A DNA stretch of 64,000 bases from the human T2T-CHM13v2.0 reference genome, Homo sapiens. The notes under the pieces were generated by a model that was given only the letters and a program-made list of their open reading frames with translations, did not search any database and was not told where the DNA came from. The stretch lies in the NCBI RefSeq assembly GCF_009914755.1, contig NC_060942.1. The stretch is one strand, 5' to 3'. Positions 42,048 to 56,071 of this stretch are shown here, one piece after another (the first letter of the stretch is position 1; every line of letters starts with the position of its first letter). The translations under genes and the position numbers were made by a program.

Positions 42048-42688
42048 AGGAACACTTACATACACTGTTGGTGGGAGTATAAATTAGTTCAGCCATTGTG
42101 GAAGACAGTGTAGTGATTCCTGAAAGACATAGACAGAAATACCATTGACCCAGTGATCTCATTTCCAGGTGTATACCTGAAGGAATATAAATCATTCCAC
42201 TGTAAAGACACATGCGCGCATATGTTCATTGCAGCACTATTCAAAATAGCAAAGACATGGAATCTACTTAAATGCCCATTAATGATAGACTGGATAAAGA
42301 AGATACACCATGGAAAAATATGCAGCCATAAAAAAGAACAAGAAAAAGAACAAGGCTATGTCCTTTGCAGGCACATGGATGGAGCTGGAAGCCATTATCC
42401 TTAGCAAACTAACACAGAAACAGAAAACCAAATACCTCATGTTCTTACTTATAAGTGGGAGCTAAATAATGAGAACACATGGATATACAGAGGGGAACAA
42501 CACACACTGGGTACTTTCAGAGGGTGGAGGCTGGGAGGAGGAAGAGGATCAGAAAAAATAACTAATGGGTACTAGGCTTAATGCCTGGACGATGAAATGA
42601 TTTGTACAGAAAACCCCCATGACACAAGTTTACCTATGTAACAAACCTTCACCTGCACCCCTGAACTTAAAGGTTTTTTTAAAAAGGG
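42048..42688 (+). mobile_element. L1PA15/16-like 3' end
   Basis: ORF2 end and 3'UTR (actaatgggtactaggcttaa); TSD core tttttctta on both sides. Confidence 0.92.
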
Positions 42689-42839
42689 AAATATTTTTCT
42701 TATTTGATGCTATCAATTTTTATGCATTTTCCTCAGTCTGGCAGTTTAAACTCATTCACATTCACAGCTGTCTCTTCCTATGGATAGCTCAACTACACTA
42801 CAGATTGCTACAATCTTGAGTACAATCTTGAGATTAATA

Positions 42840-43020
42840 ATGATGATTCTGGAAACAGACCACCTAAGTTTGAATCCTGGGTATGCAAGCCTCAGCTTTG
42901 TCACCTTGTCCAAGAATGTACTTTATAAAATTGCTTCTAATATTATAGTAAAAAAGACAACGTATTTAACATTTGACTTAGACATGTGAACACTATAAGC
43001 ATTCAATGAATGTTATTAAA
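42840..43020 (+). mobile_element. MIR
   Basis: gattctgga..cagac...gtttgaatcctgg...tgtcaccttgtccaag. Confidence 0.65.
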
Positions 43021-43024
43021 AGTC

Positions 43025-43270
43025 TGGATTTTTTCCTATATTTCTTCAATATCTAGCTTTACAGCAATTTACTTGTTCTTCCATTGAATAATCTCCTGAA
43101 TCAATCCCCATTTTTCTACTACAACAGTCAATTATTTGGCTTAGGGGAACTTTTTAATCATGTGTAAACTATTGCAACAGCCCTCTTACTGGTCTAATAG
43201 AAACACTCCCTGCAATCTGGTCCTCCTCCTGCTGCCAGAATGTTCTTTCTAAAAGGCATATCTGATGTCC
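43025..43270 (+). mobile_element. L2 fragment
   Basis: actattgcaacagccctcttactggtct; ctgccagaatgttctttctaaaa. Confidence 0.65.
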
Positions 43271-43656
43271 AGTGAAGATATAACAAACAATTCACACTTC
43301 GATACCCTACTCTGCCTCAGGCATTTAGAAGGAATATATAAAATTCACAAAGAGAAACCACTGAGACATAACTTCTCTCAAAAAAAGATAAATAATTTAA
43401 CAGGTTGTAAGATTGACAAGAAATTCAAAGCCCTGAGAGGGGCTGGCATGGACCTCCTGATTCGCAGTGATGAAAGCTGGAAGTGAGTTTGAGACCATTG
43501 CTGGAGGCCCTGGCTCAAGAAGGGTTTCATGGGCTTCATAGAAAGTTGTGGCAAGGACAACTTTTTTTCCCTACAACTGGGGATTAAATAAAGAAGCTAT
43601 AGACTAGTTTCTTATTGTGTTGAGATATCCTCAATGCAAGCACAAGACAGGAGGCT

Positions 43657-43752
43657 CTAAACACGTAAGACCTAAACATGTAAGACTTGGCTCTCTACTG
43701 AAATTTGAAGAAAACACAAGTAAGACTTGGTGCTCTACTGAAATTTGAAGAA
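43657..43752. repeat. Stacked tandem duplications (15-bp x2 and 33-bp x2 with period 40)
   Basis: ctaaacacgtaagac/ctaaacatgtaagac; gtaagacttggctctctactgaaatttgaagaa at 43680 and gtaagacttggtgctctactgaaatttgaagaa at 43720. Confidence 0.9.
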
Positions 43753-44174
43753 GTGGGATTAGTGTGAACAAGATATTATGAAAAATCCTCCCCCTTAAAA
43801 ACACGCGGAAGTGCTGGACACTACATAACAAACATCCTTGAAAATGCATAGCTAGCTGTCTCTCTCTCTTTCATATAAACTCATTCACCCAGAATACACA
43901 TGGGGAAACTCCCAAAAGTCAAATAGAAGCATAGATCTGGAAATCAGGAGCAGTCAAAAAGTTTGGAAGCTGCAGGGTTGAAGATCACACAGACAAGACA
44001 CAATCTTTGCTTTAGAGAGTTCACTGACAGGGTGGCAATTTAAGGCGATGAAATCAATTTATTATTGATATATGATTGTAATTATGAGTGGAATACACAG
44101 GAATTGAAGCAAAGAAGTCCCATTTAACAACTGATCTTTGTATTCGTAATCATCAATACAGTAACAACACCGAT

Positions 44175-44310
44175 AGTTACAGCTAAATTTATTGAGCGCT
44201 TACTACAAACAAGGTACTGTTCTACGTGTTTTACAATTAATGCTAACAACACACTGTAAAGTGGGTGTTACTATTACCTTCATTCCACAAATGGGGAACG
44301 TTGCATGAGT
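44175..44310 (-). mobile_element. MIR
   Basis: agctaaatttattgagcgcttacta...actattaccttcattccacaaatggggaac. Confidence 0.75.
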
Positions 44311-45197
44311 CAAGACTTCTTGATTTTGATAGCTGAGGGGAGACAGTGGGAGGATAGCATGTCTGTCTAGCTAGCTAGCTATATTTATATATCCACCAAT
44401 TCTCATGGGCAAGTTGCAAATGCACAATGACTACATAGCCAATTATATTTTTTGTTTAATACAATATTTCAGTCTGTTTTATTCAAAAGAATATAATTTA
44501 ACTGCTTACTCTTTACTCCTCTAATGCCATCCTCATAAGTTCCTGAACTAAATGGTATCCTTGAGTCTCAGGGCATACAGCCATCATATTGTCCTATCCC
44601 ATTCCTAAAGGGTAAACTTGGTATGCTCTCTTGGCAGATAGCAACTATTGAAAATCAAATGCTTACATGTCAGACAAATTGACTCTGTGTAGTGCTCTGC
44701 TGGATGAGTTAATTGCCTTTTGTGTGGTTCTGCGTGAACGGTCAGTCCACAGTGGTATATTACTGAGAAGAGAGAGAATAGTGGTTTCATAAACATTTCA
44801 AGAAAAGTTTCTACTTGCTACTTAATTGGGATGTCTAAAAGTGAGTCTCATCTGTTCTGCATAGAGACAATAACTAAAACATTGTTTAGGTAAAAATGAA
44901 TATTAACACTCTCATCACAACTATTATTTTTCTTTACGTCTTACAAAGTGTTTTTCTCTAGAGCACCTTTGTTCTGTGTTCTAAGAAATAAAATATTCTT
45001 ATAATACACAGTTAATAGTAGTAGTTTTCTGAAATATTTTCATCCATTTCATGTATTAATATAATGAAGGATAATTAGAAGTTTCCAGCCAGACTGTCTT
45101 ATTCTAATACTGTAGTACACTATTGAACACTTTTGCATACCTATGTAGGATACAAAGACTTCTTTAGGGTTTGGCTGTTTTCTTTTGTCACAATCAC

Positions 45198-45375
45198 AGG
45201 CAGTGAAATACAGTGGAATTTGGATGAGATTTGGAGTTAGACAAGGCTGGACTGGATCCTGGATCCACTAACCGCAGTCTGTGTGATCTTAAACAGAGCT
45301 GAAGGCTTCTGTGACGGGTAAGTTAGGTAATGCTTCTGAAAACAATACACACCTCCGTGGCCTCTTAGTAGTATT
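45198..45375 (+). mobile_element. MIR
   Basis: aggcagtg...tttggagttagaca...ctgtgtgatctt. Confidence 0.6.
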
Positions 45376-46509
45376 TAAAAATTATTTCTTCAACTTAACT
45401 GAGATTTATTTTGGCAAAAATAATTGTTTTTAAGTTTAATTTTTATTATAAAATAGAATGTTTTTTGATGGATAAAGTATGAATAGTTCATTTGTTTCCA
45501 CACTAAGCAATATTTGACTCACATAAAAAAATTTGACACTCGTATTCTGGAAATCAATGAAAATATTCTAAAAAATAGTTATTCGATGATTTAACAAATG
45601 AGTGAATACTTAAGTGATCTAAAATTTAATCAATGAAAATATAGAGTTGCCAACAATATAATGTAGTTTGTTTCTTATTTCATTAATCTGTGACATTATG
45701 AATATTGAATCAATAAATATATAGCAGATTTCCTATTTTACAAATATGTGTGTGTTTAGGGATGGGGTGCTTCTTTGTAAACCATGACTTATAAATCTTT
45801 AGTGTATAATGAATGCTAGAGAGAATTTGGCTTATTTATATCTCACGATTAGGACACTGCAATTAAGAGTCACACACATTTACACAATTATACAGAAGTG
45901 CTCTGATTGGAGAGTGACAGGGAGCTCTCCTCCCTTGGGTGTCCACAGTGCTCCCTAAAAGATTCTATATAGCCCTAGATAATCTGTGAAAACAGTTTGA
46001 AAATATTACTTTTATCTCTTCCAGCCATAAAAATGATTGGTTATTCAACTCTATAAATGTGTCGTAAAAAGTATAGGGTGATTTTATATTTCAAAATAAT
46101 ATAAACAATTAAAAACTCTACATAATACTAACGAAATTAAGACACAAAATTATGTGAATTGCTTCCCTGGTTACATTCAATAGTAGCTACAAAAAAACTT
46201 GAGGGAGCAGAGTTTTATCATAAGTGCAGCTGCAGGATGTAGAAGTATCAGATCATCTAAACATGATAATCATCTTACATTCTGGGCATGAAACATTACT
46301 TCTTGATTTATTATAATTGATGGAATTTTAACCCGGCAATAAAAATTGTCTTAATTTTAAGGCATCTTGAAGAAGACAGTAATATATTAATGTTTAATAG
46401 AATTTTTTATACATTATAACGTGTCCCCTGTCCCATGTCCTATACAACATGTTTAAATAGAAGAAATCACTGCATGGGTGTATTTTTACAGTATACTTAG
46501 ACAAACTAA

Positions 46510-46796
46510 TTTTTTTATTTTTTATTTTTGAGACGGCGCCTTGCTCTGTTGCCCAGGCTGGAGTGCAATGGTGCGATCTCGGTTCACCGCAGCCTCCGCC
46601 TCCTGGTTTCAAGTGATTCTCCTGTCTCAGCCTCCTGAGTAGCTGGGATTACAGGCATGTGCCACCACTCCCGGCTAACTTTTTGTATTTTTAGTAGAGA
46701 TGGGGTTTCACCATGTTGGCCAGGCTGGTCTCGAACTCCTGGCCTCGTGATCCGCCTGCCTCGGCCTCCCACAGTGCTGGGATTACAGGCATGATT
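46510..46796 (-). mobile_element. AluSg-like
   Basis: cctcgtgatcc diagnostic; TSD gacaaactaattttt / gataaactaattttt. Confidence 0.93.
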
Positions 46797-47689
46797 GATA
46801 AACTAATTTTTTAAAGAAGGAATTAAAGCTGCTGATGCATCTCATTGTGAGAATTAGTGAAACTTCCCTGACTCATATAAACATAGGTTTACTTTCCAGG
46901 CTTTTCCTGGCCTCACTTTTTACAAGTGAGAAACTGCTGCATCATAAGTCATTTTATCACTGGGAAGGATAATTCAGCTCAGCAAGGTTATTTCTGAACT
47001 TTTAAAAATGTATTAAGTATAAAGTAAATAGTGTGCTTTTACTGGGTAATGTGCAAACAGTTGCTCAATTAAAACTGAGTTTAATAGATGTTCTACTATT
47101 AATAAGTCTATTTATATCATTTATGAACCTAAGTAGTTTGCATTAATCTAGAAAAGCTAGTGCCAGATTTCTGAATTAATATATTTAAACCTGAGCTAAA
47201 AAATGGGTTAAATTTTATATATCAATTCTATTAATTGATGGCAAGTAGAACTCTGTGTTGAAAGGCTCTTAAGGGCCTAGGCTAAGGAAATAATGTCACT
47301 CTAGGGAATATAATTAAGAAATATTGGGAGATATGTCACGTACCTGGTTCAAAAGAATTACTGATGACAAAAAACATTTATCTGAGTGTTTGGAAAAAAA
47401 ATACACACACACATATGCAGAAAAAATGTTGCTTCTTTGTTATTATTATTATAACTACTTGGCTATTTTCCTCAGGAGTGCACATGGTTTTTTGCATAAC
47501 ACAGTTAAAACATCTACATTTGAGCTACGATCCAGATTAAGCTCTTAAAACTCCATGGACTTTTTCAATAAAATTCTTAATTTGAGATTCACAGCTCCTT
47601 CCTGGCAGGAATATTTATTTGTTGGGGATTCCCTGTGCACATAATAAGCAGGGACTTTTTGTAATGAGGACATGTATTCATATCTGTTG

Positions 47690-47790
47690 TGTGTGGGTGT
47701 GTGTACTTATACACACACAAAATGCACATATATATACACACACAAAATGCACATGTATATACACACATTTTGGACATGACACATGTATTT
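47690..47790. repeat. CA/TA-rich low-complexity tract with duplicated acacacaaaatgcacat
   Basis: Direct reading. Confidence 0.7.
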
Positions 47791-50297
47791 TTGCCTTAGT
47801 ACATCAGTAAGTGTTCCACTTCAGTGGAAGATGTGGTTATACAAGCCATGGAGGTCTACTAAATACATAATTTTCCTTTATTAACCTTTTAAGGAGAATA
47901 TATTGAATGTTTTTCAATTTGAAACCAACTATTGTAAATAGGTGTCTTATAATATCCCCATGGTTTTTATAGTTGATATTATCTTTCTCATATCATGACT
48001 TACAGAATTTTATTTCTTCATTTTCCCTCATTTTAGCAAAGTTAAATTTGTAGGCAATGTACACAAGGCTTCTGAAAAAATCATTTCTACCAAACCAATG
48101 ATAAGTATGCTTTAAGTTTGTCTACTTCATATGAACGTATTTATCTCTACAGAAGCTGACTTCAATTTTCAGAGTTGTTTGTGTTCAAATTTCCAGATCC
48201 ACCAGCCTTAAATAATATGTAATTTTAGGTAAACGACTTAAACATGATTTAGCTAACCTATAAAACATGAATGATAAAAGTAAATCTTTCCTATTCACAA
48301 GCAATTATGAGGATTAAATCGGATGGCCACTATAAAGTGGTAATCAGAACTTGGCATATAGTAAACAAAGACATAGTTGAAATTATCATAACAGAAAAAC
48401 TGTCTTCCTAACTCAGAGGTAAGGCAATGAATTTTCAATATGAAACGTGAGTTATAGTTTTCTTTATATTTTAAGCTGTTGAGAACTATAGCCTGTAGTT
48501 GAGCTTCAGACTGCAGTTTCACCATCACATTTATTTATGTATCTCCTCTTTTCTGAGATAAATTTCCCTACCATGTTTCAAAATCAAAAAATTTCCCAAT
48601 TGGAAGCTTCCTCTTCTATGCCAGATAAGACAGTAGTCACATACAACCATTAATTGCAAAATAAGTATACAAGTTACTTTAGAGGCAGTATCTGAAATAC
48701 TCTAAAGTTATTTGATTTTAGTGATAAAAAGTTGCACATTTTAACATAAATTGTTTTGTTCACTTTTAATTAACTATTCTCTAATCTTTGATATTCAGAA
48801 CTATGGTTTCCTGACTTTTCAACCTTTGTGTAATGATTCTATAGTGTTATCTGCTTAAGATTATCTTTTGACTTATCTGTCCTTCTAAAGGAAGACAATA
48901 AAGCATTAATAGTGGCTTGCTATGGGTATAAACAGGTCCTAAATCCTTTAAACAAATGGTTACAATCTCATTGTCTCATCTACTTATTGGTGCTATAGCT
49001 TCCTGTCATCTGAGTGCTGTTGAACTTGTAGTGTCTCAGAGTCACAGATAAGCTTTAAAGAGTGGAGATAACTTTTATTTGTTATGGGCAATAAAGCCAG
49101 AGTCTCCTCTGACAATCTGACAGGGAGGCATCTGAGGATGCAGATCCAGTCAAGCAGAACATACATTGAAATAGTGTCTGAAGGGCAAGGCACTGGAGGC
49201 ATAGGCCGTATAAAACTTACACAATAAAATTTTATGGCAATGAGAGAAAATTAGAGAACAAGGAACAGAGGCTAAAACAGATCCTATCATGGAAAGTTGC
49301 ACTAGTAAACATAAATCTACCCAAAGCCTCTCTGATAATGTCTGTTCAACAGTTTCAATGAAAACAATTAAGTAGCATTATATTTCTCATCCCTACTCTC
49401 TTCTATATATTCTTACAGTGTAATGTGTTTATATAGTCAATCTTTATGAGTTTAATACACACATAAACTCCGAATTTTCCTGCATAAAACATTAAATTCT
49501 ATCCTGGTAAGCAATTATAGCAATTAGCACCTTTCACCATCAGGCATTTTTCCTGTGTCTGCCCAAAATGCTCATAAATTAGCCAAGTCATAACTTGTAG
49601 TTGTTTAATGCCTGTAAGTTTTTTTCTAGGAGACATAACTGAATACATGCCAAGGAGAATTAATTACGGTTGCTTGAAAACAAAACAATTAAGGGTATCT
49701 ATAAATGTATTAAATATATGCAATATTTATGGCCATAATTTTATTTCAAAAACCTGATTCTCATTTAAGAATAAAATATAATTATATTTATAACAATAGA
49801 AAATCAATCTGTAAATATGAATTATTTCTTAGATTTCTAAAAATATTAATTTTTTCATTGTACATTTTTTGCAAAGGCAAAGTGAAATGGTTCTTTGACT
49901 TCTTTTCAAATCTTTCTTACCCAAATCTGCGAGTGTGAAAAGATGGCATTTTTATTTGCTTGAATTATTCAGATAATCAGTTTAGTTCTCAATTTTACCT
50001 GGTGAGATTAGCACAGAGTCACAAAGTCTCTTCATTATGTAATTTACCCTCAGTTTCTTCTCCACAGCAACTCTGGCCCCCACTACTTTACAATAACACC
50101 TGCTTGAGGGCTGGGGGTGGGAAAACAACAAAAAACAACTTCTGGAGAAGTTGATGATAGCTACCTGAAGTTGCAACCTCTTGATGCCCCATGCCTAGCT
50201 CCGTTGTAGACAATTCTGGCTGATGACTTTAATTCTTCTTTCTTGTCCTGCTGTTTGGGACTACTTCAATTCATTACCTCTATAAAGAGCACAATCC

Positions 50298-50618
<321 letters not shown>

Positions 50619-51259
50619 TCACATTTTCTTACCCTACTACGGGGGCAAATTAGGTCCAAAATATCATCAATATCTAAATTCAAGTTTTTGTCCTAAATAC
50701 TTGGCTGAAAACTAGTTCATGTCTTTTATTCCTTTCCTGTCTACAGCTAACCTCAATATTTCAATAAAGCAAGTTTTTTTTCTTTTTTCCCTCTTCTTCC
50801 TTTTTTAAAAATCTGGTTTTCAAAACACGCAACTCTTTAGTTCTTAGATGCTAAATTCTTCTGCACTCCTTCCATCCTTCTTGAACTGTCTTTCAAGCTA
50901 AATCTCTCTGAAATCTCTGGATGTGTCATTTTTGGTAATGAGAATATCTTTTCTCAGGTTTCTTTCAAAGTGACCCGCTTAGGCAAGCAAATATTTTAAT
51001 TAAAATGAAATTATCATGGAAGCTTTGGTCTTCTCCTTGAAGGTACATTATCCTGGTTCATTTACGTTTTTCTTTTTTTTTATTTTCTTTTTAGGGAAAA
51101 TAATTGAATAAATAATATAGTTATTTGATACAGTATACTCTCAAACATAATACCTTTTAAAAACCTATCTCCTACATAAATTATTTTTACAGTGAGGGAA
51201 AAGAAAGCAAGAAATTGTTCCAAACTGACATTGTACTTCCTAAATGTAACAACCGTGAT

Positions 51260-51680
51260 CATCTTCTAAGAATAGCATTCAGATCATCTGGGACTTTGCA
51301 GCCTCTTATCCCATTGCATTCTTAATGGATTCTAATTTCAGGCATACTGAGCTACACAGTATTAGTATCACACATTCTCAGGCCTCCATAATTTTGTTCA
51401 TGTATATCCTTCTCTGCGTATGAAAAACTTGTTTTTTATTTGAATCTCAACTCAGAAATTACTTCTCTGAAACAAGTAAAAATTATGTGCTTCCTCTTAT
51501 TAAATTCATAAAAATTGGATTTTTACTCCCATTGTAACACATATTTTATTTTCCTTTGAATTAGAGTTGGTTCTTTTCATGTGTGTCTCTGCTACTATAT
51601 CACAAACTCTAATCAAAGATGACATACACACCTAGAATGGGGCTTTGCAGTTAGTAAACTATTTAATTCAAACAAAGAAT
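51260..51680 (+). mobile_element. L2 fragment
   Basis: tctcaactcagaaattacttctctgaaa; acctagaatggggctttgca. Confidence 0.5.
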
Positions 51681-51964
51681 TGCTCAAATTGGATAGAAAA
51701 ATAAACTGGTTGGTAATACATTCTTCTCTTGTTTACATGATTTTAAATATATAGTCATTCATTGGTAATTATCTGGTGATTATTATATCCAGTCACTATA
51801 TAAATCCAATCATTGTGGATAAGATTAATAAGATGGTTTCTATCCTTAAGGAACTCAAAGTCTAGTGAAAATGATGTAAAAAACCTGAGAATAGAAATAT
51901 GCACTGGAAATTATAGAAAAACAATTTAAAGGCAACTTTCTTACCTGGGATGAGTCAGGGAGTG

Positions 51965-52070
51965 TTGTTTTTTGTTTGTTTGTTTGGTTTGGGTTTTTTG
52001 TTTTGTTTTGTTTTGTTTTATTCAAGACAGGGTCTCACTCTGTCACCCAGGCTGGAGTGCAGTGGTGCCA
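51965..52070 (-). mobile_element. Extremely 5'-truncated Alu (about 48 bp of body plus tail)
   Basis: agacagggtctcactctgtcacccaggctggagtgcagtggtgc; TSD tcagggagtgtt / ttagggaatgtt. Confidence 0.88.
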
Positions 52071-52327
52071 TTAGGGAATGTTTTTAATGTTAAGTCTGAG
52101 TTGATTTGATAGAGAGGAAGTAAAGGGCATTCTAGATAATGGGAAAAGGCCCAAGAAAGAATAAAAAATTAAAATAGCACCATGTAGACAGCTTGGTAGA
52201 CAGCAATTATTTCTATCTTGCTTGAAGCAGTCAGTGGCAGGGGATGGCATTAGAGAGATATATGGGCATCATAACGTGGAATGCCTCGAACTTGTTTTTT
52301 AAGCAACTTGGACTTGATCATACAGTC

Positions 52328-52590
52328 CAGAGATTTCCCAAGTGTTCTTTGTAGAGCTCAATATAATGCTGATAAGAATTCATTAAAAGCTCTCTTTTCA
52401 TAGATTTTTAGGAAATTCTCAGGCTGGAGGAAATACGTTAATAAGGTGTCCTTACTGCAGGACTTCCCAAAGTTGCAATATGCTAATATGTATTGTGACT
52501 GTTCAAAAGAGATATCTAATATTGAGCACTCACAAACTTATTTTGTTGTCCTCACGTATGTATTTGTCCTTTAATGAACACTAATCAACA
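52328..52590. mobile_element. Probable hAT-Charlie-type MER element
   Basis: actgcaggacttccca...aatatgctaatatgtattgtgact...caaacttatttt; exact family uncertain. Confidence 0.5.
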
Positions 52591-52721
52591 GCCCTCCAGA
52601 ACTTTAGTATTCTGTGACTTGGGGGGGAACCTGATATAAAAAATAAGGAATTCTGAAGGAGTAAATCTGAGTTGTAAATAGATCTCCATGGTGATGTTTG
52701 GAGAGTAGAAATGAGGCAGGA

Positions 52722-53050
<329 letters not shown>

Positions 53051-55641
53051 ATTTGGAGGGCAAAAAGATTATAATATTATTTTAAAGGTTCAAAAATGTG
53101 TAAAGAGCTAAATTAGTGTTGTAGCAGAAGGGATGAAAGAACAAAACATATTTCAGGCATTGCTAGGCAGTAAAACCCAGAGGAGTGTAGAGTTAATTAA
53201 ACAAAAGGAGGAAATAAAGTCCAAGAATGATGCTCAGCTTTTTAACCTTTGTAGGTGGTTGCACATGGGTTGCTAGTGGTGAGTCCATGGAGGTGGAAAT
53301 TTGTTTTAAAAAGGGAAAGATCACTTTGGTTTGGAAATGTTAATTTTAGTAGAAATCCAGGTGGACATATCCAGTTTGATGTGAGATTTAGAATGGAGAA
53401 GTTTGGCAAAGTGATCTCAGCTGGAAATAGTGTTTGTGAGTCACCAGTGTACCTGTGGAAAGTAGCAACTATCGAAATGATATTTCTGTTGGCCCTTGGT
53501 TTCAATGTATCTATCCCTCTTTAACAATGGCAGCTATGGACAATAAAAAATTGAATTTAAATGGTTTCTTAGGTGATTTTTTTAAAAATGTTTGTAATTG
53601 TCTTCATTTTGGAGATAAGGACAGGAGAAGAGAGGGATGAGTTATTGGTAACAATATTTTCTTTTTAATATACTACACTTCTTGAAGTACTTGGAAAATG
53701 TTAAGTGTGGTGATTTAGATTGGATAGGTTTGGAAATTTGCAATATGTTTTATTCCAATTTCCTATTTCTACTAGCAAATGTATTGCCATTGCCATCTGG
53801 AACAAATATGCACACTCTAATCTAATACTCCTGTCAGATTAACACTCACTTTCTGCTTGCCCAAGTCAGTATGAGAAGAGGTAACAAAACTTACATAATT
53901 TATTAGGGTTGTTCAAATAGGAAAGCTGTTTTATTTTTATATTTATGTAAAGCACCTACGAATTTAGAGCTTTGCAACATAACAAAAGAGCTTTATGACA
54001 AAATACACTCATTGTGTAATAGCTATAAAAATAAAGTGCAATTGATTAAGGACTGAGATGAATGAAAACATTGTATTTCTTATGTTAATGTTAAACATTT
54101 AAAATTATTTATTTACTTACACTATAAAAGTAACATATTTAAGGATGGAAAACAGCTGATTCCAATGCTTACTGTACAGCTATTTTTTTTTAATGAAGAA
54201 TTAGGGGTAAAGAGAAGATGATCACTTGAAAATGATATGGAGCCAGAGTTAAGATTTAATCTGCTGAGAAGTAATGCTGTAGCCTGGATGGGGTAAGGAG
54301 CATACAATTAAAAGCATAAAAGGCTACATAGCCCTGGTTGCTTCTTCCACTTTCAGAAGCAAAATATTTAATAATTGTTAAGGTGTAATCACTGATTAGC
54401 TAGGACAGTGGCTATAGTGATGACCCATGAAGAAATGCACTGTGTTCCACTCCTGAATAATCCAAATGGTGTAGTTGGTCATGGACATCCCTTCTGTGCC
54501 AGCCAGTATTTCTCTGCTTGATGGATAATGAGGGAGATTCTGAGTGACTGGGGTAGATAGGAGACTCAAAACAGCATCTGCTCACCAACAGGTAACACAT
54601 TTTCCCAATTGGTATAATTGTCATGGTTCACACCATCAGAACAGGAGCCTCAACTCTATATCAACCCAACCTCCCATTCATCCCCAACTCAGTAAGGTAG
54701 TGAATTACAACAGAGAGAGGCAACCATCTAAAACATTAGTAGCTGTGAAGAGTTCTGGGGAGGTTTTTTGCAGGATACTGTAGCCTTGTTAGGTGTGAGG
54801 AAGGCAAGGAGTGAATGAACATAAATTGCTACCCCCAAGGCGCTCTGTTTTTCTGACATATACTGTACCTCCCTCACCCTATCCCCTATGCTGTAAGTTC
54901 CTTCCCCTGGAGGAGTAAAGTTAAGATACAGATTTTCTATTTTTACTTACAGGTACAAATCCTGATGTAGCTGATAAATTCCGGAAAGAAAATTGAACCA
55001 TTTATAGAAAAAGAAGACAAATCAGTAGGCCAGACAAAGCAGAAATTTAAAATAATTTTTATCAGAATTAAATGACAGTCTCGGAAATATGAGGCTGAAA
55101 TAAAAAGTTATGAACAAGTTGCTTTTAATTGCAGAATGCATCATTTATTATGTTTTATTTATTTTATCATTTATTATCTTATTTTCCATAAGAAAAAATG
55201 CTACATATTATCCTTTAGAGTTTTTGTTATACTTATCTTTTATCTTTTAAAGTTTTTATTATACTTATTGATAAAAACTCTTCTAGACATATTATGTTGT
55301 AAACTGCCCATAATCTGTGGTTGCATATTGATTTGCTTAGGATATGCAGCAGGCACAGTATTGGCTCAAAGCATATGTACGAACACCAAGATTTTATCTG
55401 CAACTATTCAAATTTTACTAAACACATAGTTATTTTCCCCCCACTGTTGAAATACACCATTGGAAAGTAAACAGCAGAAAGTTTAACTTTTGTTTAAAGT
55501 CAGCAGAAAGTTTCTTAAAAACTGATGTTCAAAACTTAATTCTGAGTTGGTCACACCAGCCTCTCACTATTTTGAATTTTCTCTGATCAATTATTAGGGA
55601 TTTGACAATGTATCCTGCCTTCAGTTACCTTGCTTGACCTG

Positions 55642-56071
55642 CATGATGGTTAACTTCATGTGGCCATTTGAGTAGGTTATAGTGCCCAGTTGTTTGGTCA
55701 AACACCAGTCTAGATATTGCTCTGAAAGTGTTTTTAAATGTGATTAACATTTCAATCAGTATACACTGAGTAAAGCAGGTTACCCTCCATAATGTGGGTA
55801 GACTTCATTAAATCATTCCAAAGCCAAGGATCCTTGAAGAGGAAGAATTTCTACCTCCAGACTGCAACAACAGAAATTCTGCCCGAGTTTCCAGCCTTCC
55901 AACTCAAGACTGAAACACTGACCCCTGCCAGAATTTTCAGCCTGTGACTCTGCTCTGGAAAGTTCAGACTTACCAGCTCCCACAATCACATGAGCCAGTT
56001 CATTAAAATACATCTCTTTCTTCCTCTGTGTATACATTCTATGGGTTCTTTGGAGAACCCTGACTAATATA
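55642..56071 (+). mobile_element. MLT2D-type solo LTR (ERV-L)
   Basis: (ca)tgatggttaa...gcccagttgtttggtcaaacaccagtctagat...ggagaaccctgactaatata; TSD acctg / gcctg. Confidence 0.9.

Noticed and set aside
43270-43640. Possible ancient L1 5'UTR or promoter-like segment
   Set aside because: Resemblance in texture only, with no diagnostic motif I can cite
43680-43752. 33-bp direct repeat resembling a CRISPR repeat
   Set aside because: Only two copies separated by 7 bp; a simple tandem duplication
54410-55100. GC-richer stretch possibly LTR- or L1 5'-derived
   Set aside because: I could not assign a family or boundaries with confidence
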